Below, in pieces: positions 8,866-17,431 of a stretch of DNA of 18,922 bases. Location of the stretch: positions 1-18,922 of the forward strand of contig CAZEBC010000065.1 in the NCBI GenBank assembly GCA_964510165.1, given 5' to 3'. Positions within the stretch are counted from its first letter, which is position 1; each line of letters opens with the position of its first letter. The position numbers and the translations under genes were made by a program. The stretch is from an uncultured bacterium (GTDB lineage Bacteria; Abyssobacteria; SURF-5). The notes below the pieces were generated by a model, which did no database searches, had not been told where the DNA came from, and was given only the letters and a program-made list of their open reading frames with translations.

Positions 8866-10845
8866 CTACCCGGCATAATTGAGGGCGCGCAGAATCCAAT
8901 TGACGATGCCGCCCGTCAGTATCGCGATCGGGAAAATGAGTGTCAGCATCACGAGCGCCGTCTTGATTCCGCGCTCCTTGACAATCACGAAGAAGTTAGC
9001 TATGCACGGGATGAACAGGGTTATGACAACCAGGCTCACGATCACCTGGACGGGGTTCAACATGCCTTCCTCGTACAGCTTGTAGAGCCCCGCCGCGCCG
9101 TAGTCGCGCCTCAGGAAGCCCATCACGAAGGACACCGTGGTCTCGGCGGGCAGCATGAGGAAGCGGACGACAACTGGCTCGGCGACCCGCACTATCGCGT
9201 CGAGCGCTCCGAGGCGGTCGGCCACAAACAGCACGGACGTTCCCAGCAGAAACAGCGGAACAGCCTCTTTGAGGAACCACTCAACCCGTGAGATGGTCTT
9301 GAGGACGACATTGGATATCTTCGGCAGCCGGAACGGCGGTATCTCGATCATGAAGTCCGACACCTCGCCCGGCACGATCTTGCCTGCCAGAAAGCCGACA
9401 ATCAGCAACTGCGAAACGATCACGGCAGCGAACACGACGAACGCGCTGAGCGATACGCCGCCGAGTATCCCAAGGATGACTCCCAACTGCGCCGAGCAGG
9501 GGATCGCCAGCGCGAGCAGAAACGTCGAGATGACCCGCTCCTTCTTGGAGTCGAGGATGCGGGTTGTCAGCGTCGCCATGGTGTCGCAGCCCAGCCCAAG
9601 CACCATCGGCAGCACGGCCTTGCCGTTCATCCCCATCACCTTGAAGACTTTGTTCGCCATGATGGTCAGGCGCGGCAGGTAGCCCGTGTCCTCCAGGATA
9701 CCAAAGGCGAGGAAAAAGAACCCGACGATCGGGAGCACGATGGCGATCGAATAAGTAAGTCCCATCGTGATCAGTCCGAACTCGCCGACAAGCATGTCCT
9801 GGAGGAGCGGCACGGGAATCTTGCCGACCAGCCAGATGGCGGCGGGATTGATGTACTCGCCGAAGACGACCGACTCGATGAAATCAACGCAAGTGCCTGC
9901 CCCAAACTGCCCCACAAAGACAAACATGAAATACAGCACCAGGCCCACAATCGGTAGACCCCAGACCGGGTGCTGCGCGAGGTCTCCGACCAGCCGCAGC
10001 CACGACCAGCGGTCCTTGCTCTCGGCCTTGAGCACCTCGCCGAGCAGCGAGTCAATCTGGTCGAGGCGCCTCTTGCCGATGACGTAGGGGAGGGGCTCGG
10101 CGAAATGCGATTGGGTTTCCCGCACGATTGCGTCGATTTCCTCCATCTGCTCTTCGGCGCAGTTGCCCTTGAGCCAATCCTCGAGGCTATGGTCGCCGGC
10201 CAGAAGCATCGCGGCGATCGCCTCACGAGAGACGGGCCCGGAAGGCAGGCGCGCGGCTATCTTCTCGATCGCCTCACGGATACGGGGGTGCTGTTCCACT
10301 CTGAAAACGCTCGGCTTGGCAGAGCCGAGCAAGGATATCAGCTTGTTAATGCCCCTTCGCTCCGTGGCGACCGTCTCGACAACTGGGACGCCAAGCCGTT
10401 CGGAAAGCTTCTTCGTGTCGATGCTTATGCCTGCGCTGCGGGCCTCGTCGACCATGTTGAGCGCAAGCACCATCGGCAGTTCCATCTCGGCCATTTGCGA
10501 GGTGAGTATGAGCGAACGCCTCAGATTCTTTGAGTCGGCCACCTGCACGACGGTTGTCGAGTTCTGCGAGAGCAGCATGTCGCGCGCCACCTTCTCGTCC
10601 TCGCTCCTCGGAATCAAGCTGTTGGCGCCGGGCGTGTCGATCACCCGATGCAACCCGCCGTCGAAGCTGGAACTGCCCTTGGCAATCTCGACCGTGGTGC
10701 CAGGATAGTTTGAGACGGTCACATACTTACCCGTCAGATGCGAGAAGATGACGCTCTTGCCGACGTTCGGATTGCCCACCAATGCTATGGTTGGCACGGA
10801 GGCGGTATCTTTCACTACAGCTTTTTCGTGGGACCCGTGATGCAT
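8866..10845 (-). CDS. feoB: Ferrous iron transporter B
   Basis: G1 GNPNVGKS, G2 NYPGTTVE, G3 DTPG, G4 NMVD; membrane domain with LEDTGYLPR, GLGC, IPCSAQ, EIPPFRLP, FIPCIA. Confidence 0.95.
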   Translation of the reverse strand: MHHGSHEKAVVKDTASVPTIALVGNPNVGKSVIFSHLTGKYVTVSNYPGTTVEIAKGSSSFDGGLHRVIDTPGANSLIPRSEDEKVARDMLLSQNSTTVVQVADSKNLRRSLILTSQMAEMELPMVLALNMVDEARSAGISIDTKKLSERLGVPVVETVATERRGINKLISLLGSAKPSVFRVEQHPRIREAIEKIAARLPSGPVSREAIAAMLLAGDHSLEDWLKGNCAEEQMEEIDAIVRETQSHFAEPLPYVIGKRRLDQIDSLLGEVLKAESKDRWSWLRLVGDLAQHPVWGLPIVGLVLYFMFVFVGQFGAGTCVDFIESVVFGEYINPAAIWLVGKIPVPLLQDMLVGEFGLITMGLTYSIAIVLPIVGFFFLAFGILEDTGYLPRLTIMANKVFKVMGMNGKAVLPMVLGLGCDTMATLTTRILDSKKERVISTFLLALAIPCSAQLGVILGILGGVSLSAFVVFAAVIVSQLLIVGFLAGKIVPGEVSDFMIEIPPFRLPKISNVVLKTISRVEWFLKEAVPLFLLGTSVLFVADRLGALDAIVRVAEPVVVRFLMLPAETTVSFVMGFLRRDYGAAGLYKLYEEGMLNPVQVIVSLVVITLFIPCIANFFVIVKERGIKTALVMLTLIFPIAILTGGIVNWILRALNYAG

Positions 10846-10881
10846 GGCCCTTCATAGTCCTTTCCGGTGTGCTGTTTGTTG

Positions 10882-10916
10882 TATTGGGGACACCATGCCG
10901 CACGGTGTCCCCAATA
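10882..10916. repeat. 13-bp inverted repeat in the feoB leader
   Basis: TATTGGGGACACC-atgccgcac-GGTGTCCCCAATA; no U-tract follows on the minus strand. Confidence 0.6.
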
Positions 10917-10926
10917 TAACTTGCTT

Positions 10927-10945
10927 ATTGCGACTCCATCTCAAT
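10927..10945. promoter_or_regulatory. Fur-box-like operator upstream of feoB
   Basis: ATTGCGA-CTCCA-TCTCAAT, 19-bp 7-5-7 imperfect palindrome matching the site at 11407. Confidence 0.7.
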
Positions 10946-10962
10946 ACAAATCCACAAAAAAA

Positions 10963-11388
10963 TCAGTGACAATTCTCACAACGACCGAAAATGCGGAGAC
11001 TGTGATGCTCCGCCTGAAAATTTAGACTGTCGCACACCTTCTGCTGCAACAACTCGATGAAGCTGTCATCGAATTCTATCGTCCGCCCGCATTCGACGCA
11101 GATAAGGTGATCGTGGTGCTTGTGGCCGACGACGTGCTCATAGACCTTCCTCGATTCTCCGAGCTCCATGGCGTGCACCAAGCCCGTCTTGACCATGAGG
11201 TCAAGTGTGCGGTAGACCGTTGCGCGCGATATCCGCTTTCCCTTGCGTTTCAGGATTTCGACCAGTTGGTCCGCGTCGAAATGGCTGTGGATTTCGAATA
11301 CGGCTTCGAGGATTTCCTTTCGCTGCGGGGTAAACTTGAGGTCATCCCTGGCGAGGAACTCGGAGAAGAGTCTGTATTCGTCCCGCAT
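10963..11388 (-). CDS. fur: Fur-family transcriptional repressor
   Basis: TPQRKEIL, HFDAD, ISRATVYRTL, HHDHLICVECG, C-terminal CENC; directly upstream of feoB. Confidence 0.92.
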   Translation of the reverse strand: MRDEYRLFSEFLARDDLKFTPQRKEILEAVFEIHSHFDADQLVEILKRKGKRISRATVYRTLDLMVKTGLVHAMELGESRKVYEHVVGHKHHDHLICVECGRTIEFDDSFIELLQQKVCDSLNFQAEHHSLRIFGRCENCH

Positions 11389-11406
11389 TGTGGCCTTTCG
11401 TCATTA

Positions 11407-11425
11407 ATTGAGACTCAATCGCAAT
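11407..11425. promoter_or_regulatory. Fur-box-like operator over the predicted fur transcription start
   Basis: ATTGAGA-CTCAA-TCGCAAT, same 7-5-7 pattern as 10927-10945, 3 nt downstream of the -10 box. Confidence 0.72.
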
Positions 11426-11428
11426 AAC

Positions 11429-11457
11429 AGTATAAACGCATCCGCCTCTCTTGTCAA
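11429..11457 (-). promoter_or_regulatory. sigma70 promoter of the fur-feo operon
   Basis: Minus strand TTGACA (11457-11452), 17 nt spacer, TATACT (11434-11429). Confidence 0.78.
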
Positions 11458-11613
11458 GCTATTTCTTGCCTTCAGTCTCCTTTATTCTCCGACGGTCCTC
11501 CGCGTCGGTTTCCGTTTGGCAGATAGTGAGATATAGTTACAAGAGAAGAATAGATATGTGGGCATTAGCGGCCTTGAATCACGTGAACAGATCATATAAG
11601 GCAGGTCGAAGAA

Positions 11614-12447
11614 ATGGAAAACTATATCTGTAAGACGTGCGGAGTTCAGCAGGCGGCGAGCGAAAGGCCGCCTGAACATTGCATCATCTGCGAAGACGAG
11701 CGCCAATACATCGGCCCGAACGGCCAGGAGTGGACCACTCTGGCTGAAATGAAACAAGCGGGCTACCACAACCAGATGCGTCAACTGGAGCCCGGGCTGA
11801 CCGGAATCCAGACGCAGCCGGGCTTCGCCATAGCTCAGGTCGCCCTGCTGGTCCAGACTCCTGACGGCAATATTCTTTGGGACTGCCTCAGTTATATCGA
11901 CGACGAAACCGTCGAGAAAGTGAACTCGCTCGGCGGCATCCAGGCCATCGCGGCTTCTCACCCGCATTTCTACGACTCGATGGTCGAATGGAGTCATGCC
12001 TTCGGCCGGGCGCCGATATACCTTCCCGAGGCCGACAGGCAGTGGGTTGTTCGGCCCGATCCCGTCATAAGATACTGGGAAGGCGCGATTAAACCCCTGC
12101 CGACCGTTACCTTGATCCAATGCGGCGGCCACTTCGAGGGCAGCTCGGTCCTTCATTGGCCGAAAGGGGCGGGCGGCAAGGGAGTCCTTTTGGTCGGCGA
12201 TACGATTGGCGTTGCCATGGACCGGCGCCATGTGAGCTTCATGCGGAGTTATCCGAACCTGATACCGTTGCCGCCCTCCGCCATACGGGGCATTGCCGAC
12301 GCGGTTCGCCCGTACGCATTCGACCGGATATACAGCGCCTGGTGGGGAAAACTCATCGAATCCGGCGCGAAAGAAGCGGTCGAACGCTCTGCCGAGCGCT
12401 ACATACACTACATCACCGGCGAGGTCCCGCTCTCTGCAAGACGATGA
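11614..12447 (+). CDS. MBL-fold metallo-hydrolase with N-terminal CxxC...CxxC
   Basis: ICKTCG...CIICEDERQY, NILWDC, SHPHFY, GGHFEGS, GDT, SFMRSYPNLIPL motifs. Confidence 0.85.
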   Translation: MENYICKTCGVQQAASERPPEHCIICEDERQYIGPNGQEWTTLAEMKQAGYHNQMRQLEPGLTGIQTQPGFAIAQVALLVQTPDGNILWDCLSYIDDETVEKVNSLGGIQAIAASHPHFYDSMVEWSHAFGRAPIYLPEADRQWVVRPDPVIRYWEGAIKPLPTVTLIQCGGHFEGSSVLHWPKGAGGKGVLLVGDTIGVAMDRRHVSFMRSYPNLIPLPPSAIRGIADAVRPYAFDRIYSAWWGKLIESGAKEAVERSAERYIHYITGEVPLSARR

Positions 12448-12472
12448 CAGAAGGAGGCGGCGAGGTGAGGCC

Positions 12473-12868
12473 ATGAAGATACCGCCACAGGTGAAAGACC
12501 TTCTGACCGCCGCGCGGCTGGTTCAAGTGGCCACGGCGGACAAAGAGGGAACTCCCCACATGGCCGCCGCCAAGGGGGTTTACGTGCTTGATGATAAGCA
12601 CGTGGCCTTCGAGGAGTGGTTCTGCATGCAGACTTTGGAAAACGTGGACGCGAACCCCCGGATCGCGCTTTCAATTATCGATCCCGCCGGTCAGAAGGGA
12701 TACCAGCTTATTGGGGTCGTCGAGAAGGCAGTTCCCACGGAAATGCTTGACGGATACGCCCCGCAGGTCGAATCCAAGCTTGGCCGCATCCCCCAGGCCA
12801 AGCATCGTCTCAAGATCAAGGTTGAGAAAATCCTTGAGCTTTCCACCGGTCCACATTCAGACGAATAG
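12473..12868 (+). CDS. Pyridoxamine 5'-phosphate oxidase-like FMN-binding split-barrel protein
   Basis: VATADKEGTPH, TLENVDANPRIAL, GYQLIG, VEKILELS; GAGGTGAGG RBS before ATG 12473. Confidence 0.85.
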   Translation: MKIPPQVKDLLTAARLVQVATADKEGTPHMAAAKGVYVLDDKHVAFEEWFCMQTLENVDANPRIALSIIDPAGQKGYQLIGVVEKAVPTEMLDGYAPQVESKLGRIPQAKHRLKIKVEKILELSTGPHSDE

Positions 12869-12920
12869 TCATCTTGACTCAAAGCCACACGGCGTGGGCC
12901 AGCAGCCGGACAAAGAAGGT

Positions 12921-12955
12921 CCCTCTCCGCCACATTGAGACCGTGGCGGAGAGGG
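12921..12955 (-). terminator. Hairpin between convergent genes, likely terminator of the large lipoprotein gene
   Basis: CCCTCTCCGCCAC-9 nt-GTGGCGGAGAGGG 13-bp stem, followed on the minus strand by ACCTTCTTTGT. Confidence 0.55.
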
Positions 12956-12972
12956 TTCAGGGGGACGGTGGT

Positions 12973-15900
12973 TCACCTGGTCAGTTCAACTCTTATCCGG
13001 TTGAGCGGCGAGTTGGAGACCTCGACGCTCGCATTCACGCTGTCATCCTCTGAGATGAATCCCTCGATAGCGGGCGATGGCCCATTGACTGTGAACTGGC
13101 CGTCCGCAAAGGGAACGTCAAAAGTGTAAAGGTTGCTCTGCCCCGCCAGCGAAGTCAGTTCGGCGATGGTCGTCAATGTTCCGCTCTCGATGAGTTGGAA
13201 GACCTGACCCGCCGCCGGATAATATGAGGCTGCGGCCTCGCTCGCGACATATGAACTGCCGCTGGTCGCGTTGAAATCATGCCCGAACACCGCCTGCAGC
13301 CAGCCGGCGTCATCATCCTCGCCGCCAAAGCTCGTTCTATCTTTGCCAGTCCCGAGCAAAACCATGACTATGAACATGCTTCTGCCGGGGTTCGCGACCG
13401 TCGCGGAAAGATTGACCGCCGCGAAGAGCTGGGCGTCGGACGGAAGCGCGCCGTCTCCGACGGTGAAGACGCCGGTGAGCAGGTCGGAGTCAAAGAGGTC
13501 TTGCTCCAAGGCATTGTCCGCCGCCTCGAACGTCATCTGGAACAAGCCGTCCGTTGCGGCGGAGTACGTTCCGCGGCTGTCGTCTCCGGTCGAGAGCGTC
13601 GGCGTGACCGCGCCGCCGGTGTCCTCGTTCATGCTCTGGCTGAGCGCCGAGAGCGTGAACGTGGTGTCATCGGCGAACGTCACGATGCCTTGGAAGGTGG
13701 ACGCGGACTCGTTGCCCCCAAGGGGCGGGTAATCATGCACGAAGCCGAGCAGGCCCATTGTCTTGCCGGCCAGAGAGACCGGGTCAGCGCCGCTGCCTGC
13801 CTTGGTCAGGACATATATCGCGCTGGCTCGCTCGATCTGCTCGAGCGTGCCGGCAACGATGACGGTGTTGCCGTCGGGGCTGAGAGCGCCCATTCTTCCC
13901 TGGATGTTTCCCACAGGAGTGATTGTGACCACTCCGTTGTCGTTCATCACATACACCCCCGAGTCGCCGGGGTCGTCCACGATGGTTGTCGAGGGGACGC
14001 CGTCGCTGGTCACCTCGAACTTGTCGCCGCCCGCGCCGACGGTATAGGTTCCGTCGCCGGCAAAATTCACGCTGCCGCCGCCGATGAGGGAGGACTCCGA
14101 GCCAACAAGAGTCAGGTAGGTGTCATCGGCGGGGTCGAGGGCGTGGTTGAAGTCGTGCCTGAATACAACCATGTTATACGTTCCGCTCAGACTGGCCTCA
14201 GTGAAGCCGCTGGGGATGTTGCGGTCCTTGTATGTGAAACCGTTGTAGGGATTGCTCTCCTCGCTCACGTCGGTGTTTTCGACCACAACGTTGACAGTTC
14301 CGACGCCCGGCGGGGTGAGAGCGTATATTTCGGTTGCGCTCGCCGCGAGCGTGGCCAGTGCGTCGTCAAGCCCGAACCGCGCGACGACATTGCCCACATG
14401 GAACTGGATACCTCGGATATAGACCTCTGTCCCGCCGGCTTCCGGCCCTTCAGGCGGCCCGACGTATGTGATGAATGGCCTAGTCAGATATGTGAACGCG
14501 CTCGCGAGCGTGTCCCAATTTGTGTCCGGGTTGGTGACGCTCACGTCCACTATGCCCGTGCCGCTCGGAACGGTCACATCAATATGATTGCCGTCGACCA
14601 CGGTGGCGGCGCCGGGGTTGGCCGCGCCGAAATCGACCACTGCGCCGTCCTGGAATCCACAGCCGGTCACCGTCACATCGGTGCCGCCGATCGCCGGCCC
14701 CTGATTCGGTGTAACGCCCGCAATCGCAGGCTCAAAGGTGAAGTCTCCGGGAGAACAGGAAGCCCCGTTTCCGGGATTCGTCACCGTGACGGCGACCGTG
14801 CCGACGTCGTTCGCGCCGTTCGGTATATCCACATATAGGGTATTTGCGTCAGGGCGCTGAATGGTCGCGGCGTGGCCGGCCAAATCAACCTCGACATCGG
14901 TCGCGAAGCCGCAGCCGTCTATCTGGAACGGAGCGTCATCGCACGAGGCCGAGTCGGGCGTCATCGAGGCACACGAAGGGTCGAAACTGAACGTGAGGCT
15001 CGTGTCTGAATAGCCGGGCGCCTGAGGATCATCAACCGAGATCGTCTTGTCCAGCCCAAAGTCGGTCGCGCGACAGGGGATGCTGAACTGGGCTTCCGTG
15101 CCGGGCGTGGTGACCGTGACCGGCGTGAGCGCGCCGCCGATGGACATGCGAAGGTCCGTATCGAAGCCGCAGCCCGAGATCGTCACCGGCGGGTCTCCGA
15201 ACGCTCCATGCGAGACCGAAATGCCGGTGGTCACAGGGAGGAAGCTGAATGAACGGCCTGTGTCCGGATTGGCGGGCAGGTCGGGATCAACAATCGAAAC
15301 GGTCCGAAGCTGTCCGTAGCCGTCGCACGGGATCAGGAACTGTAACTGATTGCCGCTGACCACGGTTGGCGCGACGACGGCGCCGCCAATCGTCATCTGG
15401 ACATCTGTGTCGAAGCCGCAACCGGCGATTGCGACAGGACCGTCCCCGTTCTTGCCATAGGTAGGCGAGATGCCCATGGTTGCAGGCAGATAATCGAACT
15501 GTTGTGTAGTATCGGAATAACCGGGCAGGTCTGGGTCGGTAATCTCGACCGCCCTGTCCTGGCCGTAATCATTGACGCCGCACGGCACGTCGAAGCGTAT
15601 CGTGTTGGCATTGACTACGCGAAGGTTGTCGCTCGCGCCCAGGGTGGTTTGGCCCGAGGCGTTCGCAACCTTCACGACACTGTCTCGGTCGAAACCGTAG
15701 CCTGAGATCGTTATCCTGTCAGGGCTGATTCCGCTCTTGCCCTGAGGCGTGATGCTCGCGGTAACCGGCTGATAGCTGAATGTGTCGGTCGCATACGCGT
15801 CCGGATAGTCGGCGGAAGGATTGATTGCGGCGAGCACCCTGTCTTGTCCCGCGTCATATGGGCCGTTGGGAACGATAAGATCAATGCGGTCCAAACCGCT

Positions 15901-17226
15901 CCGGAAGTATTCGCCGGGAGCGTCAAGATCGCCGGGGCTGGCGACCGGAACCAGCGTGGTCACCCCCACGGGCGGGGAACCCCATTGCGCTATCCGGACC
16001 TGGGCGTCATCCGCGAAACCACAGCCCTGTATGACGACCGCATCGCCCGCCTTGGCAGCGGCTGGAGTCACACTGAAGATTTCAGGGGAATACGAGAATG
16101 CCGCGTCGTAGCCGAGCATCGAAGCGGGAGATACGTTGCCGTCGGCGTTAGTGACTATGACCGGCACGTCGTACGGCTCCGTTAGCGCGGGTGTCGCTCC
16201 CGGGAACGCGGGAGTCGTCACCACGAGCATTCCATCATCGGACTGCGCGAAATTGACCGCGGCAGTGTTGCCGTTTATGGTGACCTCGAGATTCGATCCC
16301 TCGTGAGACGCCAGGAATCCGCCACCCCATATCACGATCTGCTCGGCGCCCAGGCATGAGCCGGTAGGGTTGCCCGAAGCGTTCGTCAGGCCCGTTATCA
16401 CCGGGAGGTATGTGTACACGTCGTCGAGGCCCTGGGCGGTGGGAATTGTATCATCGGGATACGTGTCGTTCTCGACGCGAAGGTCGAGCGCGTTGCCCGC
16501 GCCCGGACTCAGGCGGCCCTGAATCCTGACGGTCGCATCGGGAAGCTGAGTGGCCGTGAGCTCGGTTATCGGGAATCTTGTTCCAGTTCCGTCCTCCAGG
16601 AAGAAGCGGTCGGTCGTGGCGAGATTAAAGCCCGTTATGGTCACCAATTCACCTGGGACATTCCCGGTGGGGTCGCTCGGAGGAGCGTCGGCCGCGTAGC
16701 CACGGTTGTCGGCGCCCTCATCCGCGAATTGCAGGACGGCCGGGTTGTTCTGAGTGGAGAAGGTGAACTCGACACGGGGATAATCGGTGAACGTTCCGTC
16801 CGCCGTGGCGTAAATATAAACCACATACTGGCCTGGGTGGAGAGACTTGAAGAGGATGGCGCCCTGTTCGCCGCTCATCTCCGCCTGCAATTCGGAGACG
16901 GCGAGGTCCGCGTAACTTGCGCCGGGCAAGAGGAACCCGCACCCTGGATGACTATCGGGATTGGCAAGCTCGAACATATATGCGATGAGTGTCTGGCCGT
17001 CACTGGCGACGCCGGCCGCGCTCATCGAGTTGAGCGAGCACACAAGCAACGGCTGATCGGCAAACGGCGTGCCTTCGTTGACGGTCACGGTGACATCCGC
17101 GGTCGGACCCGGCGGCGGGACGACCGCTCCGCCGCCGCTTCCACCGCTGCTGCATGCCGGAAACACGGCAGTGAGAACGGCGAGGAACAAAATCGACACC
17201 GATTTCATTCTGAAGTTGTCGTTCAT
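12973..17226 (-). CDS. Large surface lipoprotein with ~9 tandem IPT/TIG domains (1417 aa)
   Basis: GGAGGAG RBS before ATG 17226; signal peptide with lipobox FPA|C then SSGGSGGG; repeated P..(I/V)(S/T)P..G...V.I.GCGF...V.V.NP...F(S/T)Y units; very acidic, Gly/Thr/Pro-rich. Confidence 0.88.
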   Translation of the reverse strand: MNDNFRMKSVSILFLAVLTAVFPACSSGGSGGGAVVPPPGPTADVTVTVNEGTPFADQPLLVCSLNSMSAAGVASDGQTLIAYMFELANPDSHPGCGFLLPGASYADLAVSELQAEMSGEQGAILFKSLHPGQYVVYIYATADGTFTDYPRVEFTFSTQNNPAVLQFADEGADNRGYAADAPPSDPTGNVPGELVTITGFNLATTDRFFLEDGTGTRFPITELTATQLPDATVRIQGRLSPGAGNALDLRVENDTYPDDTIPTAQGLDDVYTYLPVITGLTNASGNPTGSCLGAEQIVIWGGGFLASHEGSNLEVTINGNTAAVNFAQSDDGMLVVTTPAFPGATPALTEPYDVPVIVTNADGNVSPASMLGYDAAFSYSPEIFSVTPAAAKAGDAVVIQGCGFADDAQVRIAQWGSPPVGVTTLVPVASPGDLDAPGEYFRSGLDRIDLIVPNGPYDAGQDRVLAAINPSADYPDAYATDTFSYQPVTASITPQGKSGISPDRITISGYGFDRDSVVKVANASGQTTLGASDNLRVVNANTIRFDVPCGVNDYGQDRAVEITDPDLPGYSDTTQQFDYLPATMGISPTYGKNGDGPVAIAGCGFDTDVQMTIGGAVVAPTVVSGNQLQFLIPCDGYGQLRTVSIVDPDLPANPDTGRSFSFLPVTTGISVSHGAFGDPPVTISGCGFDTDLRMSIGGALTPVTVTTPGTEAQFSIPCRATDFGLDKTISVDDPQAPGYSDTSLTFSFDPSCASMTPDSASCDDAPFQIDGCGFATDVEVDLAGHAATIQRPDANTLYVDIPNGANDVGTVAVTVTNPGNGASCSPGDFTFEPAIAGVTPNQGPAIGGTDVTVTGCGFQDGAVVDFGAANPGAATVVDGNHIDVTVPSGTGIVDVSVTNPDTNWDTLASAFTYLTRPFITYVGPPEGPEAGGTEVYIRGIQFHVGNVVARFGLDDALATLAASATEIYALTPPGVGTVNVVVENTDVSEESNPYNGFTYKDRNIPSGFTEASLSGTYNMVVFRHDFNHALDPADDTYLTLVGSESSLIGGGSVNFAGDGTYTVGAGGDKFEVTSDGVPSTTIVDDPGDSGVYVMNDNGVVTITPVGNIQGRMGALSPDGNTVIVAGTLEQIERASAIYVLTKAGSGADPVSLAGKTMGLLGFVHDYPPLGGNESASTFQGIVTFADDTTFTLSALSQSMNEDTGGAVTPTLSTGDDSRGTYSAATDGLFQMTFEAADNALEQDLFDSDLLTGVFTVGDGALPSDAQLFAAVNLSATVANPGRSMFIVMVLLGTGKDRTSFGGEDDDAGWLQAVFGHDFNATSGSSYVASEAAASYYPAAGQVFQLIESGTLTTIAELTSLAGQSNLYTFDVPFADGQFTVNGPSPAIEGFISEDDSVNASVEVSNSPLNRIRVELTR

Positions 17227-17296
17227 GGTACGGCTCTCCTCCCAAAGAAGCCTGTTCAGGATCTTGCGTACGGCGTATTTTGCCTTCGCCCAGCGG

Positions 17297-17312
17297 AGCA
17301 AGTTCCGTACCA
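17297..17312 (-). promoter_or_regulatory. sigma54 (-24/-12) promoter
   Basis: Minus strand TGGTACG-GAAC-TTGCT fits TGGYAYR-N4-TTGCW with exact GG-N10-GC spacing, about 70 nt upstream of ATG 17226. Confidence 0.7.
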
Positions 17313-17410
17313 TGATTGGCGAAAGTTGTAACTAACATTGCCGACAGGAGTTGTGCCGACGAAAGAAGATGTGCGCTTCAGCCATTTGTTCGTGATTTGG
17401 TGGTTGCCGC

Positions 17411-17431
17411 ACAGGAATGTTCGTTTCCTGT
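17411..17431. promoter_or_regulatory. Candidate enhancer (bEBP binding site)
   Basis: Perfect palindrome ACAGGAA-N7-TTCCTGT about 100-120 bp upstream of the -24 element; extra half-site CGACAGGA at 17342-17349. Confidence 0.4.

Noticed and set aside
7830-14838. Long opposite-strand ORFs (7830-8882, 11482-12474, 13279-14838)
   Set aside because: They overlap confidently called genes and have Arg/Ala-rich shadow composition.
12973-17226. Giant lipoprotein as the ApbE substrate
   Set aside because: I found only PGAT, PGAS, LGAS and NGAS, not a D-x2-[S/T]GA[S/T] flavinylation motif.
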